This document shows positions 1 to 10,277 of a stretch of DNA of 64,000 nt, in pieces. Location of the stretch: assembly GCA_963727785.1 (NCBI GenBank), contig CAVSHS010000018.1:17439-81438 (forward strand). The letters are read 5' to 3'. A program made the position numbers and the translations under genes. A model generated the notes under the pieces. It did not search any database. It was not told the origin of the DNA and saw only the letters and a list, made by a program, of their open reading frames with translations. The stretch is from an uncultured Solirubrobacteraceae bacterium (GTDB taxonomy: Bacteria; Actinomycetota; Thermoleophilia; Solirubrobacterales; Solirubrobacteraceae). How positions within the stretch are numbered: position 1 is the first letter of the stretch; each line of letters starts with the position of its first letter.

Positions 1-673
1 CGTACGTCGCGAGCAGGGACGGCTGGGCGAGCTCGTGGACGCCGTCGAGCGGTCGGCCATACAATGTCCGGAGATCGCCGACTGGCGCTGTTCGCTGGCC
101 TACATCCATGCGCGGCTCGGACGCACGGCGGAGGCACGCCAGACTCTCGATGCGCTCGCGCGCGCCAACCTCTCCGACCTTCTGCGCGATGCGTCCTGGC
201 TTCCGAACCTCGCGATGCTGTCCGAGGTTGCGGTCCTCCTCGGCGACGTGCCTCGCGCGCGGCTGCTCTACACGTTGCTCTCGCCGTACGCCGGGCGGTG
301 CGTGGTCAATTTCGCCCTCCTGTGTCAAGGCTCCGCCGCGCGGCCGCTCGGCCTGCTGGCGACAACCCTGTCGCGATACGACGACGCGGAGCGGCATTTC
401 GAGCGGGCAATCGCGACGAACACGCGGATTGGATCGCGGCTCTGGGTAGCGCATACACGGCACGATTGGGCGCACATGCTCCTGCTGCGCGACCGGCCGG
501 GGGACGCCGCCAGAGCTCTCGAGCTCCTCCAGCAGGCGCTTGCCGCCGCCGAGGAGCTTGAGCTCCTGGCGCTGGCCGGTGACGCACGGCGTTGCTGCTT
601 ACGCTTCGTTCCGATGCCTCGCGCGGCAACCGGAGAGCATCGGATTCTAGCCCTGGCGACCGCTCCTGTTTAG
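1..673 (+). CDS. C-terminal TPR-like helical-repeat region of a larger regulatory protein (5' end outside window)
   Basis: Frame is open from the window edge to the stop at 671-673. Helical repeat text (AEARQTLDALARANL..., YDDAERHFERAIATN..., ALELLQQALAAAEEL) resembles C-termini of AfsR/LuxR-type STAND regulators. No catalytic domain is visible in the window. Confidence 0.6.
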   Translation, partial: VRREQGRLGELVDAVERSAIQCPEIADWRCSLAYIHARLGRTAEARQTLDALARANLSDLLRDASWLPNLAMLSEVAVLLGDVPRARLLYTLLSPYAGRCVVNFALLCQGSAARPLGLLATTLSRYDDAERHFERAIATNTRIGSRLWVAHTRHDWAHMLLLRDRPGDAARALELLQQALAAAEELELLALAGDARRCCLRFVPMPRAATGEHRILALATAPV

Positions 674-721
674 TGGAGTGTCCGCTGATCGGGGTTTGTC
701 GAATAGATTGGCAAGCGAGCC

Positions 722-1021
722 ATGAGCTACCTCGATGACCTCGCGGCGACGATCCGCGGATACGCGCCCGCCAACGGATCGCCGACCCCCGAGCTGGACT
801 CCCTGTTTCGCCTGTATGCCGTCCTGGCGCTTGCGAAGGGCGAGGAGGTAACCGCCGAGGATGTTCACAACGCGTGGGTGGCGTGGACGCAGGACAGCGA
901 CACAGTCCACAGTGGGGTGCGTCCCTTCAGCGAGCTGGACCCCGCCACGCAGGCGGAGGACGCCCCCTACGCCGAAGCGATCCGCTCGGCGGCGCGCGAG
1001 TTGTCGGCACTCCAGCCCTAA
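722..1021 (+). CDS. hypothetical 99-aa protein
   Basis: ATG start, TAA stop, strong third-position GC bias and non-repetitive composition. No motif I recognise. Confidence 0.6.
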   Translation: MSYLDDLAATIRGYAPANGSPTPELDSLFRLYAVLALAKGEEVTAEDVHNAWVAWTQDSDTVHSGVRPFSELDPATQAEDAPYAEAIRSAARELSALQP

Positions 1022-1065
1022 GCCAGGGGGAAGACGGTTCAGGAGGGTTTGGCGAAGGGTGAATC

Positions 1066-2139
1066 TCAGTTGCCGGCCAGCGCCTGGGCCATCTGCGGCA
1101 CCAGCCTGTCGACGGCGAACGGCAGGCTCAGCGCCGAGGGCTGGACCATGGAAGTCGAATGTCCGACGTTGAACGGGATGTACGCCCCCCGGTCGATGGC
1201 CGGCAGCTTGGCGAAGGTGGGATGCCTGGCCAGCTTGTCGAGCTGTGCGGGCCCCAGCGAGCTCGTGCCCATGAGGAGGTCGGCCTCCAGGTCGGCGTAG
1301 CGCTCCGGGCTCACGAGGACCCGGCCTTCCTGCGGCCCGCCCGACATCTTGCCGACGGTGTCGGTCACACCATCGAAGCCGAGCTGCTTGAGGAACTTGA
1401 TGGAGAAGTCCTTGTCGGAGCTGATGACGTAGAGGCCGTCGGAGCCAAGGTAGTTGAAGAACGAGACCGTCTTGCCGGCGAACTCCGGATGGTCGGTGCG
1501 GGCCTCGGCGATCGACGACTCGACGTCGGTGGTGAGCTGCCGGGCCTCGGCCGAGCGGCCGAGCGCCTTGCCGATCTGCGAGAGCGCCTGCTGCCACGTG
1601 TCGAGTCCGGGGGCCTTCACGTGCCCGACGACGGGGGCGATGGCGTTGAGCTTCTCCCAGTTGCCGCCGTCGGCGATGAACGGGTAGGCATGCGTGGCCA
1701 GGATCACGTCCGGGTTGAGCTTGGCGATGGTCTCGAACGGGAAGCCGTTGTCCACGTTGAAGATCGCAGGCTTGTGGTCGCCGAGCGCCGCCTTGGTCCA
1801 GGCCATGACGCCCCCCTTGACGAAGGTGACCTCGGCCATGCCGACCGGCACCACGCCGAGAGCGATGGCATCGTCGGCACTGGAGAAGTCAAGGGCGACC
1901 ACCCGCTTGGGCTCGGCGTCGATCGTCACAGCGCCCAGCTTCTGGGCGACGGTGACGGGGAAGGCCGCCGCCGTGCCATCCTGCTTGGCTTCGGAGGCGG
2001 GCGAGCCATCGTCCGAGCCGCAGCCGCCCAGTAGGAGCGCGACGCCGAGGAGGGCGGCGATGGCTACGGCGGAGCGGCGCCGCGGGCGGCCGTGCGTGGG
2101 GGAGGCCGCCGCGAGGGGCATCCGTTCAGTGATCCTCAT
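1066..2139 (-). CDS. iron-siderophore ABC transporter substrate-binding lipoprotein (FhuD/FepB-type), orphan
   Basis: The track ORF 1066..2445 is trimmed to the ATG at 2139 (alternative 2121). Signal peptide with lipobox LLLGGC. Motifs RVVALDFSSADDAIALGVVPVG and KLNPDVILA are typical of periplasmic siderophore-binding proteins. No permease or ATPase gene is adjacent. Confidence 0.85.
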   Translation of the reverse strand: MRITERMPLAAASPTHGRPRRRSAVAIAALLGVALLLGGCGSDDGSPASEAKQDGTAAAFPVTVAQKLGAVTIDAEPKRVVALDFSSADDAIALGVVPVGMAEVTFVKGGVMAWTKAALGDHKPAIFNVDNGFPFETIAKLNPDVILATHAYPFIADGGNWEKLNAIAPVVGHVKAPGLDTWQQALSQIGKALGRSAEARQLTTDVESSIAEARTDHPEFAGKTVSFFNYLGSDGLYVISSDKDFSIKFLKQLGFDGVTDTVGKMSGGPQEGRVLVSPERYADLEADLLMGTSSLGPAQLDKLARHPTFAKLPAIDRGAYIPFNVGHSTSMVQPSALSLPFAVDRLVPQMAQALAGN

Positions 2140-2209
2140 GCTGGTTGAACGTACAGCCGAACAGCTGTCGTCAGGTATCCCGACGGTGCCAGACCATGTC
2201 GAGAAGCGG

Positions 2210-2980
2210 TCAGCAAGGAGTGCAATCGCGGAAGTACCTGCCCGGCGTCTCGCCGGTCGTCCGCCGGAAGGCGGTGATGAACGCGCTCGGCGTGCTGTAG
2301 CCGGCGTGGAAGGCGATGGCCGTGATCGGATCGCCGGCAGCGAGCCGGGTGAGCGCCGTCCGCATCCGGGCGTTGGTCCGCCACTGGCTGAAGGTGAGCC
2401 CGGTCTCTTCGACGAAGAGCCGCGAGAGGGTCCGCCCGCTGGCACCGACCCTGCGGCCCCAGCGTTCGATGCCCAATGACTCGGACGGATGCTCCGCGAG
2501 GTGGCGGGCGACCTCGAGCGCGCGCGGGTCGACGGGCATCGGCAGGGTGATGGTGCGGACGTACACGGGACGCAGCAGGTCGAGCAGGAGGGACTCGGCC
2601 CGCACCCGGGTAGCCCCGAGCAGCTCGAGATCGGAGAGCAGGTCGATCAGCTCGCGGACCACGGCGGTCACTGCGATGACGGTCGGTGCCGGCCACGGCG
2701 ACGGGATCCGCGGATGCACGAAGACGCCCCGCATCGCCGCGGCCCGGGGGGCCGACGTCGTGTGCTCGACCCCTGCAGGCACCCAGAGCGCGAGCGTCGG
2801 CGGCAGCACCCACGTCTGCTCGCCGACGGCGACCACGATGCTGCTCGACGCCGTCCACACCATCTGGTGCTCCCGGTGCACGTGGGTCTCGTATCGAAAG
2901 CCGCCCGCCAGCGGCATGTGCTCAACGTACACGTCGATTCCCGGCGTGTACCCGTCGGGCACGAGCACCTCGCCACTCAC
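2210..2980 (-). CDS. AraC-family transcriptional regulator (cupin-like N-domain plus HTH)
   Basis: GTG start at 2980. C-terminal AraC HTH text (SLGIERWGRRVGASGRTLSRLF...GYSTPSAFITAFRRTTGETPGRY). Co-directional with the siderophore-binding protein gene. Confidence 0.9.
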   Translation of the reverse strand: MSGEVLVPDGYTPGIDVYVEHMPLAGGFRYETHVHREHQMVWTASSSIVVAVGEQTWVLPPTLALWVPAGVEHTTSAPRAAAMRGVFVHPRIPSPWPAPTVIAVTAVVRELIDLLSDLELLGATRVRAESLLLDLLRPVYVRTITLPMPVDPRALEVARHLAEHPSESLGIERWGRRVGASGRTLSRLFVEETGLTFSQWRTNARMRTALTRLAAGDPITAIAFHAGYSTPSAFITAFRRTTGETPGRYFRDCTPC

Positions 2981-3006
2981 GGTCGATCATCTCGCTGCAC
3001 AGGAGC

Positions 3007-3026
3007 AGGTTAGGGCACCCTAACCT
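3007..3026. promoter_or_regulatory. perfect 8-bp inverted repeat GGTTAGGG-CA-CCCTAACC upstream of the AraC/SBP genes
   Basis: Seen directly at 3008-3025, 28-45 nt upstream of the AraC start. The arms resemble IdeR/DtxR iron-box half sites (AGGTTAG / CTAACCT) but the spacer is longer than canonical. Confidence 0.4.
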
Positions 3027-3392
3027 CAGGCGATAGGCCGATAATGGGGCAATCGGCGCTGTGCCCGCCTGGTCCGGGGGAAGCACCGGTCCCCGAAGCA
3101 TGTCGCCCAGGAGCGGCCGCGTCTCGGAGCGTCAGGAACGAGCCGGAGCCAAGGCGTCCAACAGGAACCGGCGCCCGCACAACCGGCGCGCGTGGCAGAA
3201 GATCCTGGGGCTGCCTACGCCAGCGCACGCGGGCACACGAACATGCCGCATACGTGCATGGAGAGGCGCGATCCTCGCGGGCGGTTCAATGCTTGGCGTA
3301 GCCGAATGCGAGCACCCCGTGTGGGCGGACTGTGCGCTGAATCGCGCGTTCACGTGTGCCGCGCCGCGGCATTCCCGCGGCGGGCGCATCCG

Positions 3393-3566
3393 TCAGGGCT
3401 TGAGGTCCTTGAGGATCTTGCGCGCCCGGTTGGCGGCCTTCATGAAGTCCTTCCACGTGGGCGGGTCGTTGTCGTCGTACACCGGTCCCCCCTCCTCACC
3501 GTCCGCCTCGGCGGCGGGCTGGTACCGCGGCGGCGCCGGCTTCACGTTGGCGGGGTCGTAAGGCAC
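3393..3566 (-). CDS. candidate small protein, 57 aa (below the ORF-track length cutoff)
   Basis: GTG at 3566 to TGA at 3393-3395. Translation: VPYDPANVKPAPPRYQPAAEADGEEGGPVYDDNDPPTWKDFMKAANRARKILKDLKP. Third codon positions are almost all G/C and the composition is protein-like. No homology claim. Confidence 0.45.
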   Translation of the reverse strand: MPYDPANVKPAPPRYQPAAEADGEEGGPVYDDNDPPTWKDFMKAANRARKILKDLKP

Positions 3567-3828
3567 GATCAACCGGTACCCCGCTGTGGCGCCGCTTACG
3601 CGCGAAGGGTCGTCGACTGGGGATCAAGAAGCTTGAGGGAGCAGAGAACGTCTCAACGAACCCCGTTTCGTGTGCGACTGAGCAGGCGTGGTCCGGGCGG
3701 TCGCGGTGCTTCGGCTGCCGGGAGCGAGTCACCGGAGCGTTCCGGTGAGGCCATGGCTCAGGCTCCTGCTGCGCCCCAACGTCGATGCTGCCCTCAAGCA
3801 GGCTGCCTCTGCGGCCGATGGGCAGAAT

Positions 3829-5499
3829 ATGCATCGCATCATCCTCCTCGCAGTCACCGCCGTCGTCCTACTGCCAGCCTCCGCGCCCGCCGCCACCGTC
3901 TCGGGCACACTCGCACGCGGCCATGGATATATGGTCATCGCGCTGTCGTCCAGCGGCCAGTCCTCGAAGTCCTCGGTCGCCGCCAACGGTCGGTTCTCGC
4001 TCCGCATCCCGGGTCGGGCTTCGACGCTGCAACTCGTCAAGCCAAACGGCGCGTACTTCGGCCCGGTGGTCCTGCGCAGGACGGGCCGAAAGGCGCTGCT
4101 GGCGCTCTCCGCCCGGGGCGGCAAGCTCGGCCGGGTCTCGCTCAAGCGCGGTTTCGCCGCCGCCAGGGCGCCCACCAAAGCCGTCTCATCCAGGGTCGCG
4201 GTCGTGACGACGAAGACGGGTGCCCCGCTCGGCGCCGGGAACCTCGGCTTCGTACGGATGCCGGCCCGGGCCAAGCGCATGCTGCGCGCCTCCCCGGCTG
4301 GCGCCGGCGAAGGGCAACTTCCCGGCGCCGACCCGGACGGTGACGGCGTCCCGAGCACCTTCGACGCCGATGACAACGGCAACAAGACGCTCGACGGAGT
4401 CGATCCCGTGACCGCGAAGACAAGCACCGCGGGGCTGTTTTCCGACGTGCAGGTGATGATGGCCCGCTCGGTCAACGCCAACGCCGGCGGCATCGGCCGG
4501 GCACAGGTCGACGCGTTCGTCAAGAACAACACCAGCCTGAACTTCTACCTCGACCCGTCGTACGCGCGAGGCTCCACGATCTCCTCGGTCGACGTGGACT
4601 GCGGCACGCTCGCCTACTGCCGCCCGGGCGACGGCTACGCGACGATGGGCGACGGCGGCAACTCGCCGACGGGAGTCCAGGACCAGCGCTGGACCTCGCT
4701 TGACGCAAATCACGACGGCTTCCCCGACGTCCCGGTAAACCGGAACGGCGGCGACCGATCGCACGGCGAGGTCCATTCGATCGAGATCAAGCCGAATGCG
4801 ACGACGGCGGACCTGCACGCCGGCGATCTCTTCCAGCTGCGCTTCACCACACCCGCCGGTGTGCTGACCGTACCCACCGCACTCAGCCTCTTCTTCGTCT
4901 CCTCACCCGCCCTGGCGAGCTACGACGTGAGCGCCGGCAACGTGAACATCGCCTACCCCGCCACCAACTCGACCGCCGGCTCCGACGGCAACCCGCTTCG
5001 GATGACGGGCGACAAGATCACCCTGACCTACTGGCGCCCGCAGCGCGCCGGGCTCGGCTCAGAGCCCGACTTCGTGGACATGGGCCACCTGCGCTACGGC
5101 ATCCCGATCTCCCTCGGCAACCGAGAGCTGGGCTGTGGCGCGAGCCGCTTCTCCGGCCTGTCGCCGACGCTGGCGCCGGCTCCGGGCGCAAGCGACGGCA
5201 TCTACAACCAGCTCTTCCCACTGCAGGACTCGGCCGACGACGCCGCGCCCAACTCGGCCAACACGCTCAAGCTCACGTTCGACATCGGCGGCTGCATGCG
5301 AGCCAACGGCATCGAACCGAGCGGCCAGCAGATCCGCCTGCCGCTCGAGGCCGTCGACGAGTCGCGGCCCGGCGGCACCGACCGCACGGCGCAGACGATC
5401 GCCGTCTGCCTGCCCGGCTGCACCTCGTCAGCCCAGCAGGGCCCGCCTCAGGGTGGGAATCCTCCACAAGGAGGCCGGACGAGCACGCACGGCAACTGA
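3829..5499 (+). CDS. secreted protein of unknown function with an Asp-rich Ca-binding-like motif
   Basis: Track ORF trimmed to the ATG at 3829, giving the signal peptide MHRIILLAVTAVVLLPASAPAA. The segment DPDGDGVPSTFDADDNGNKTLDGVD resembles thrombospondin-type-3 / calcium-binding repeats. The rest is unrecognised. Confidence 0.75.
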   Translation: MHRIILLAVTAVVLLPASAPAATVSGTLARGHGYMVIALSSSGQSSKSSVAANGRFSLRIPGRASTLQLVKPNGAYFGPVVLRRTGRKALLALSARGGKLGRVSLKRGFAAARAPTKAVSSRVAVVTTKTGAPLGAGNLGFVRMPARAKRMLRASPAGAGEGQLPGADPDGDGVPSTFDADDNGNKTLDGVDPVTAKTSTAGLFSDVQVMMARSVNANAGGIGRAQVDAFVKNNTSLNFYLDPSYARGSTISSVDVDCGTLAYCRPGDGYATMGDGGNSPTGVQDQRWTSLDANHDGFPDVPVNRNGGDRSHGEVHSIEIKPNATTADLHAGDLFQLRFTTPAGVLTVPTALSLFFVSSPALASYDVSAGNVNIAYPATNSTAGSDGNPLRMTGDKITLTYWRPQRAGLGSEPDFVDMGHLRYGIPISLGNRELGCGASRFSGLSPTLAPAPGASDGIYNQLFPLQDSADDAAPNSANTLKLTFDIGGCMRANGIEPSGQQIRLPLEAVDESRPGGTDRTAQTIAVCLPGCTSSAQQGPPQGGNPPQGGRTSTHGN

Positions 5500-5663
5500 C
5501 AGGCCCTCGCGATCGACCCGGTCGCGGGGTCGAGGTCGGCGGCAACTGGTGGAGCCCGGCGGACGCCAAGGCGCCGCGACTTCGGAGGCGCGGCACGATA
5601 GCCGCACGGGCGGGCGGAGCGCCGAGGCAGCGCCGCCTCCCGAAAACGCCCGTGTTCTGGGAG

Positions 5664-5736
5664 AGCCCGCCCTCGGACTCGAACCGAGAACCTCTTCATT
5701 ACAAGTGAAGTGCTCTGCCAATTGAGCTAGGCGGGC
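5664..5736 (-). tRNA. tRNA-Thr (anticodon UGU)
   Basis: Cloverleaf folded by hand. Acceptor GCCCGCC/GGCGGGC, D stem GCUC/GAGC, anticodon stem CUUCA/UGAAG with loop CUUGUAA, T stem CUCGG/CCGAG with loop UUCGAGU. 73 nt, no encoded CCA. Confidence 0.93.
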
Positions 5737-5788
5737 AGGCAGTGGTGGCGGAGGCTAGCGCGCCGGGTTGTGGCAGGCTACGCCGCGG

Positions 5789-7115
5789 ATGAGCGACGAC
5801 GCGGCCACCAATGGCGCGCTGGACGACCGCGCCCTCGGCGACGGGCTCGTCGGCAACCTCATCGGCGGCAACGCGATCCGCGCGATCGCGGCGACGCTGA
5901 TCTTCGCGGGCCACGTGGTCGTCAACGCCGACCCCGGCGCGAGCGTCGAGAACTACGGCTGGGCGCAGAAGATCGTCGGCCACCTCGACCTCTCGCTCAT
6001 GCTGTTCTTCGTCCTGTCGGGCTATCTCATCGGCCGGCCGTTCGTGCGCTCGTTCGTGCTCGGCACCCCGCGCCCGTCCGTGCGCCGCTACGCCCGCAAC
6101 CGCGCGCTGCGGATCGTGCCGATCTTCTACGTCGCGGTGGCGATCGTGCTCCTGCGCTTCGGCCTCGACGGCGCGATCGGCCCGACGCCCGACAACCCGA
6201 CCGGCACCGCCCCCGCGTCGGCCTGGTGGCAGGTGCTGTCGATGTTCACGTTCACGCAGAGCTACACCGGCGGCTCGGTCGTCATCCCGCTCGGCCAGGC
6301 CTGGTCGCTGGACGCCGAGGTCGCGTTCTACCTCGCGATCCCGATCGCGGCGGCGATCGCCTACCGCCTCGGCGGCCGCATCCGCACCCCGCTCAAGCGC
6401 GCGCGGGCGGCATTCGCGTTCATCGCGGGCCTCACGCTCGTGAGCATCTGGCTGCGCCAGCACGGCGACGACACGATCGCGACGCAGGCCAGCCCACCGC
6501 TCGTCGTCTACGCGTTCCTGCCGGGCGTCGCGCTCGCGGTCGTCGAGCCGTTCGCGATCTCCCACCTCCGCGGCCGCCCCGCCCGCGCGCGGCGGATCGC
6601 CTGGGCCGCCGCGGCGACAGCCGCGCTCGCGGGCCTGCTCTACATCGCCTTCGACTACCCCGGCCACACGACCGCGATCCACAACGCCCTCGGCCGCCAG
6701 GCGCTGATGACCGCGGTGTTCGCAGGCGCCGTGCTGGCCGGGCTGCTCGCGCTGCAGATCGGCACCGGACGCGCGCCGCGCTGGATCGACAACCGCGTGA
6801 TGCACTACATCGGCGAGCGCTCCTATGCGATCTACCTGCTGCACATCTGGGTGCTGTTCGAGGTGATCAACGTCGTCGGCGCCGAACGCCGGCACGCCGG
6901 AATTGATCGCGGCGATGGTCCTCGTCGGGTTCCCGGTGACGCTCGCGCTCGCCTCGCTGTCGTGGCGATTCGTCGAGCGCCCGGCGCTCGAACGGCGCCT
7001 GCCGTGGGCGCGCAGCGAGGCCGCCGGACCGGGCGCGCACAGCGGTCTGAGACCCGATCCCGAACCCGCGCTCGTACCGGCAGGCGTCGCGCCGCGCCAG
7101 GATCCGGCAGGATAG
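5789..7115 (+). CDS. acyltransferase family 3 (OafA-like integral membrane O-acyltransferase), interrupted by an apparent +1 frameshift near 6899
   Basis: Multi-TM text with a family-typical C-terminus. The body ...YAIYLLHIWVLFEVINVVGAERRHA continues in the next frame as ELIAAMVLVGFPVTLALASLSWRFVERPALERR. Span is 1327 nt (3n+1). Confidence 0.8.
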
Positions 7116-7120
7116 GCGCC

Positions 7121-9822
7121 GTGCGGTTGACCGATCGCAGCATCGGCAGGGAGGCCCTGCGGCGCTTGGCGTTCCTGTTCCAGGACGGGATGGTCCTCGC
7201 GACGACGCTGCGCGGGCTGGACGCGATCGACCTGCTCGAGCCCTCGCTCGCCCGCCCGCGAGACGCTCTCGCGCCTGCGCCCGGACCTCAGCGACACGGG
7301 CCTCGCGCACGTCCGCGTCGGCCTGCGCACGCTCGCGCAGGCGGGCTGGATCGAGCGCGGCCCGGAGCTGGCACCGGAGGAGACGACGATCGACTGGACG
7401 CCCGCCGGGCGCGCCGTCGCCTCCCATCACGACAGCTACCTCGCGCTCGGCGCGTATCTCGCGACGTTCCTCAGCAACCAGCCCGACGCCTGGGAGCAGC
7501 CATGGGACGCCGAGCGGCTGGCGCTGTTCGCCGACCTCGTCGAGGCCGCGGAGGCGCGCTGGGAGCTCGACGACCTCGAGTCGCCGCTGCGCGACGACGT
7601 CGTCGCGCACCTCGACGGCGCGCTCGCGTCGCCGGCGCTGCTGTGGCTCGACGCGACCGGCGCCCTCGCAGGCGACGGCCCCACGCTGCCGCCAGGCGAG
7701 GGCGGCGAGCTCGTCGCGCGGCTGCTGCGCACGCTCGGCTGGCTCGCCGAGGACGGCGCCTGGACCGACGACGGCGTCACCGGGCTGGACTTCGTCGTGC
7801 ACCTCGGCCTCGTCGGCTCCTACCTGCCGATGTTCGCCCACCTGCCCGAGCTCTACGGCGGCGAGATCAGCGGCGCCCGCACCGGTCCCGCCGACGGCCG
7901 CGAGTGGCACATCCAGCGCGAGCTGAACATCCGCGCGAGCACGGCGGCGCACGGGCGCTACTTCGGCGACGCCGACGCGATGATCGTCAACATCTTCGAC
8001 CGCGAGCCGCTGGCCGACCAGCCGCGCTTCGTGCTCGACACCGGCTGCGGCGAGGGGAGCTGGCTGGCGCGCATCCACGCGCTCGTGCGCGACCGCACGC
8101 TGCGCGGGCGCCACCTCGACGAGCACCCGCTGCTGATGGTCGGCGCCGACTACAGCGACGCCGCCGTGCAGCGCGCGCGGCGCACGCTCGCCGATGCGGG
8201 CGCGCCGGCGCTCGTCCTGCTCGGCGACGTCTCGGATCCCGACGCCATGCGCGACGACCTCGCCGCGCACGACCTCGCGATCGAGGACGGCCTGCACCTG
8301 CACGCGTTCGTCGACCACGACCGCGGCTACAGCGGCGCCCACGCGCCCGCCACCGCGGCCGGGCTGTCGAGCGCCGCCTACGTCTCCGAGTCCGGGCACG
8401 TGCTCGATCCCGCCGACGTCGAGGCCGACCTCGCCGCCCACCTCACGCGCTGGGCGCCGCACGTCGCCCGCCACGGGCTGATCGTGCTCGAGGCGCACTG
8501 CGTCGCGCCGAACGTCGCCGCGCGCCACCAGGGCGCGCTGCACAGCATCGCCTTCGACGCCTATCACGGCCTCTCGCGCCAGTACCCCGTCGAGCGGCGG
8601 GCGTTCATCGCCGCGCTGCGCCGCGCCGGGCTGCGCCAGGCCGCCACCGGCGAGCACCGCTATCCGACGACGCGGCCGTTCGTCGCCGTCAGCCTCAACC
8701 ACCTGCTCGGCGGCGGCGCGGACGAGCGCGACCTGATCCCCGGCTACGACGGCGACGTCCTGCGCCAGGACACGTGGCGGCCGGAGCCCGGCGTCGACCG
8801 GCGCGACGGCCGCGGGCTGCACGATCTGCTCTACGACCGCGGCGACCTGCGCCACCCGCGGCTGTGGTCCTCGGCGGCGACGAGCCTGCTCGTGTCGCAG
8901 GCGATGACGGTGCTCGAGGAGCGCCTCGCCGGGCTGGAGCGCGGCGCGGTGCTGCGCGTCCTCGACTACGGGACCGGAACGGCGCTGGCCGCGATCGAGC
9001 TGCTCAAGGCGGCCCGCGAGACCGGCCTCGAGCAGCGCCTGCAGCGCAGCGGCGTGACGCTCGAGCTGCACCTCGCCGACATCCCGTCGAGCTGGTTCGC
9101 ATTCGGCTACGACATGGTGCGCGACTGCTCGTGGACGCGCTGCCACTCGCTCGTCGACGCGGAGGGGCGCTTCCGCCCGCTGCTCGAGGTGACCGGCGGG
9201 CAGCGGATGGACGTCGTCATGTCGAGCATGGTCTTCCACCTCATCCCGCCGAAGGCCGTGCGCCGCGTGGCGAGCGGCCTCGCCGACGTGACCGCGCCCG
9301 GCGGCCGGCTGCTGTGGAACGCGCCCGACCTCGGCACGGCGGGGCCGTACGCGGTGCTCTTCCACGATCCCAACCGCGCGCTGCGCGCGCACTGGAAGGC
9401 GCTGCTGACCGGCGAGGCGGAGCCGCAGACGCAGCTGCAGCGCGATGCGGTCGCGGCCGCGGATGCGCGCGTCGCCGGCACGTCCGCTCCCGCTCATCGA
9501 CGACGAGCGCGCCGGGCGCCGGATCCTGCCGCGGCCGCACAAGGGCCCGGAGATCGGCGACGCGCTGTCGGGCCACTTCGCCGGCGAGGTCACGACGCAG
9601 ACGTACGAGATCGCCAACCAGGAGACGATCGACACGCTGCTCGTTCCCTCCAACCAGGAGGAGTTCCTGCCGGAGATCGAGGACGCCGCGACGCGCGCGG
9701 GCATCGTCGAGGAGCTCATGCGCACGGTCGTGCTGCCCGCGCTGCACGCGGGCCCGGCCGGCAGCGCGCTGGGCTACAACGTCCACTGGACCTTCGGAGA
9801 CTTCCGCCCGCTCGCGGGCTGA
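7121..9822 (+). CDS. about 900-aa protein with winged-helix/dimerisation-like N-region and two class I SAM-methyltransferase-like domains; two apparent +1 frameshifts (about 7251-7260 and about 9477)
   Basis: GTG at 7121. Three frame segments join sensibly. Motif-I-like FVLDTGCGEGSWL and VLRVLDYGTGTA, plus LIVLEAH and APGGRLLWNAPD. Span is 2702 nt (3n+2). The tail ends ...GYNVHWTFGDFRPLAG. Confidence 0.7.
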
Positions 9823-9881
9823 GCCGGCGCGCGGCGGCACCGTGGCGCCCGTCGCGGAGCGAGCCATCTAGGCTGTGGCCC

Positions 9882-10277
9882 ATGACGCAACTCGAGATCT
9901 CCGACGACCTCGGCACGAAGCCCGAGGTCCCCACGCCGACCGGCGACGCCCCGACCGAGCTGATCACCGACGACGTCGTCGTCGGTGAGGGCGCGGCGGC
10001 GAGCCCCGGCGACCATGTCACGGTCCACTACGTCGGCGTGTCGTTCTCGACCGGCAAGCAGTTCGACTCCTCCTGGGACCGCAACCAGCCGTTCGACTTC
10101 CCGCTCGGCGGCGGCGCCGTCATCAAGGGCTGGGACTTCGGCGTGACCGGCATGCGCGAGGGCGGCCGCCGCACGCTCATCATCCCGCCCGAGCTCGCCT
10201 ACGGCTCGCGCGGCGTCGGGCCGATCGGGCCGAACGAGACGCTCGTCTTCATCGTCGACCTCGTGAAGGTTGGCTAG
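9882..10277 (+). CDS. FKBP-type peptidyl-prolyl cis-trans isomerase
   Basis: ATG at 9882. Text GDHVTVHYVGVSFSTGKQFDSSWDRNQPFDFPLGGGAVIKGWDFGVTGMREGGRRTLIIPPELAYG is a textbook FKBP domain. Confidence 0.9.
   Translation: MTQLEISDDLGTKPEVPTPTGDAPTELITDDVVVGEGAAASPGDHVTVHYVGVSFSTGKQFDSSWDRNQPFDFPLGGGAVIKGWDFGVTGMREGGRRTLIIPPELAYGSRGVGPIGPNETLVFIVDLVKVG

Noticed and set aside
5500-5800. An integrated mobile element or genomic island at tRNA-Thr.
   Set aside because: No integrase, transposase or duplicated tRNA 3' segment is visible within the window. Only the accessory-looking gene content is suggestive.
5768-9871. Very long ORFs in the track: 5768-9871 (1367 aa), 34227-37289 (1020 aa), 58653-61733 (1026 aa), 6867-9725 (952 aa) and 48519-51362 (947 aa).
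   Set aside because: Large parts are Arg/Ala/Pro/Gly-rich text typical of wrong frames or antisense reading in GC-rich DNA. The protein-like parts belong to several different genes joined by absent stops and by the frame breaks described above.
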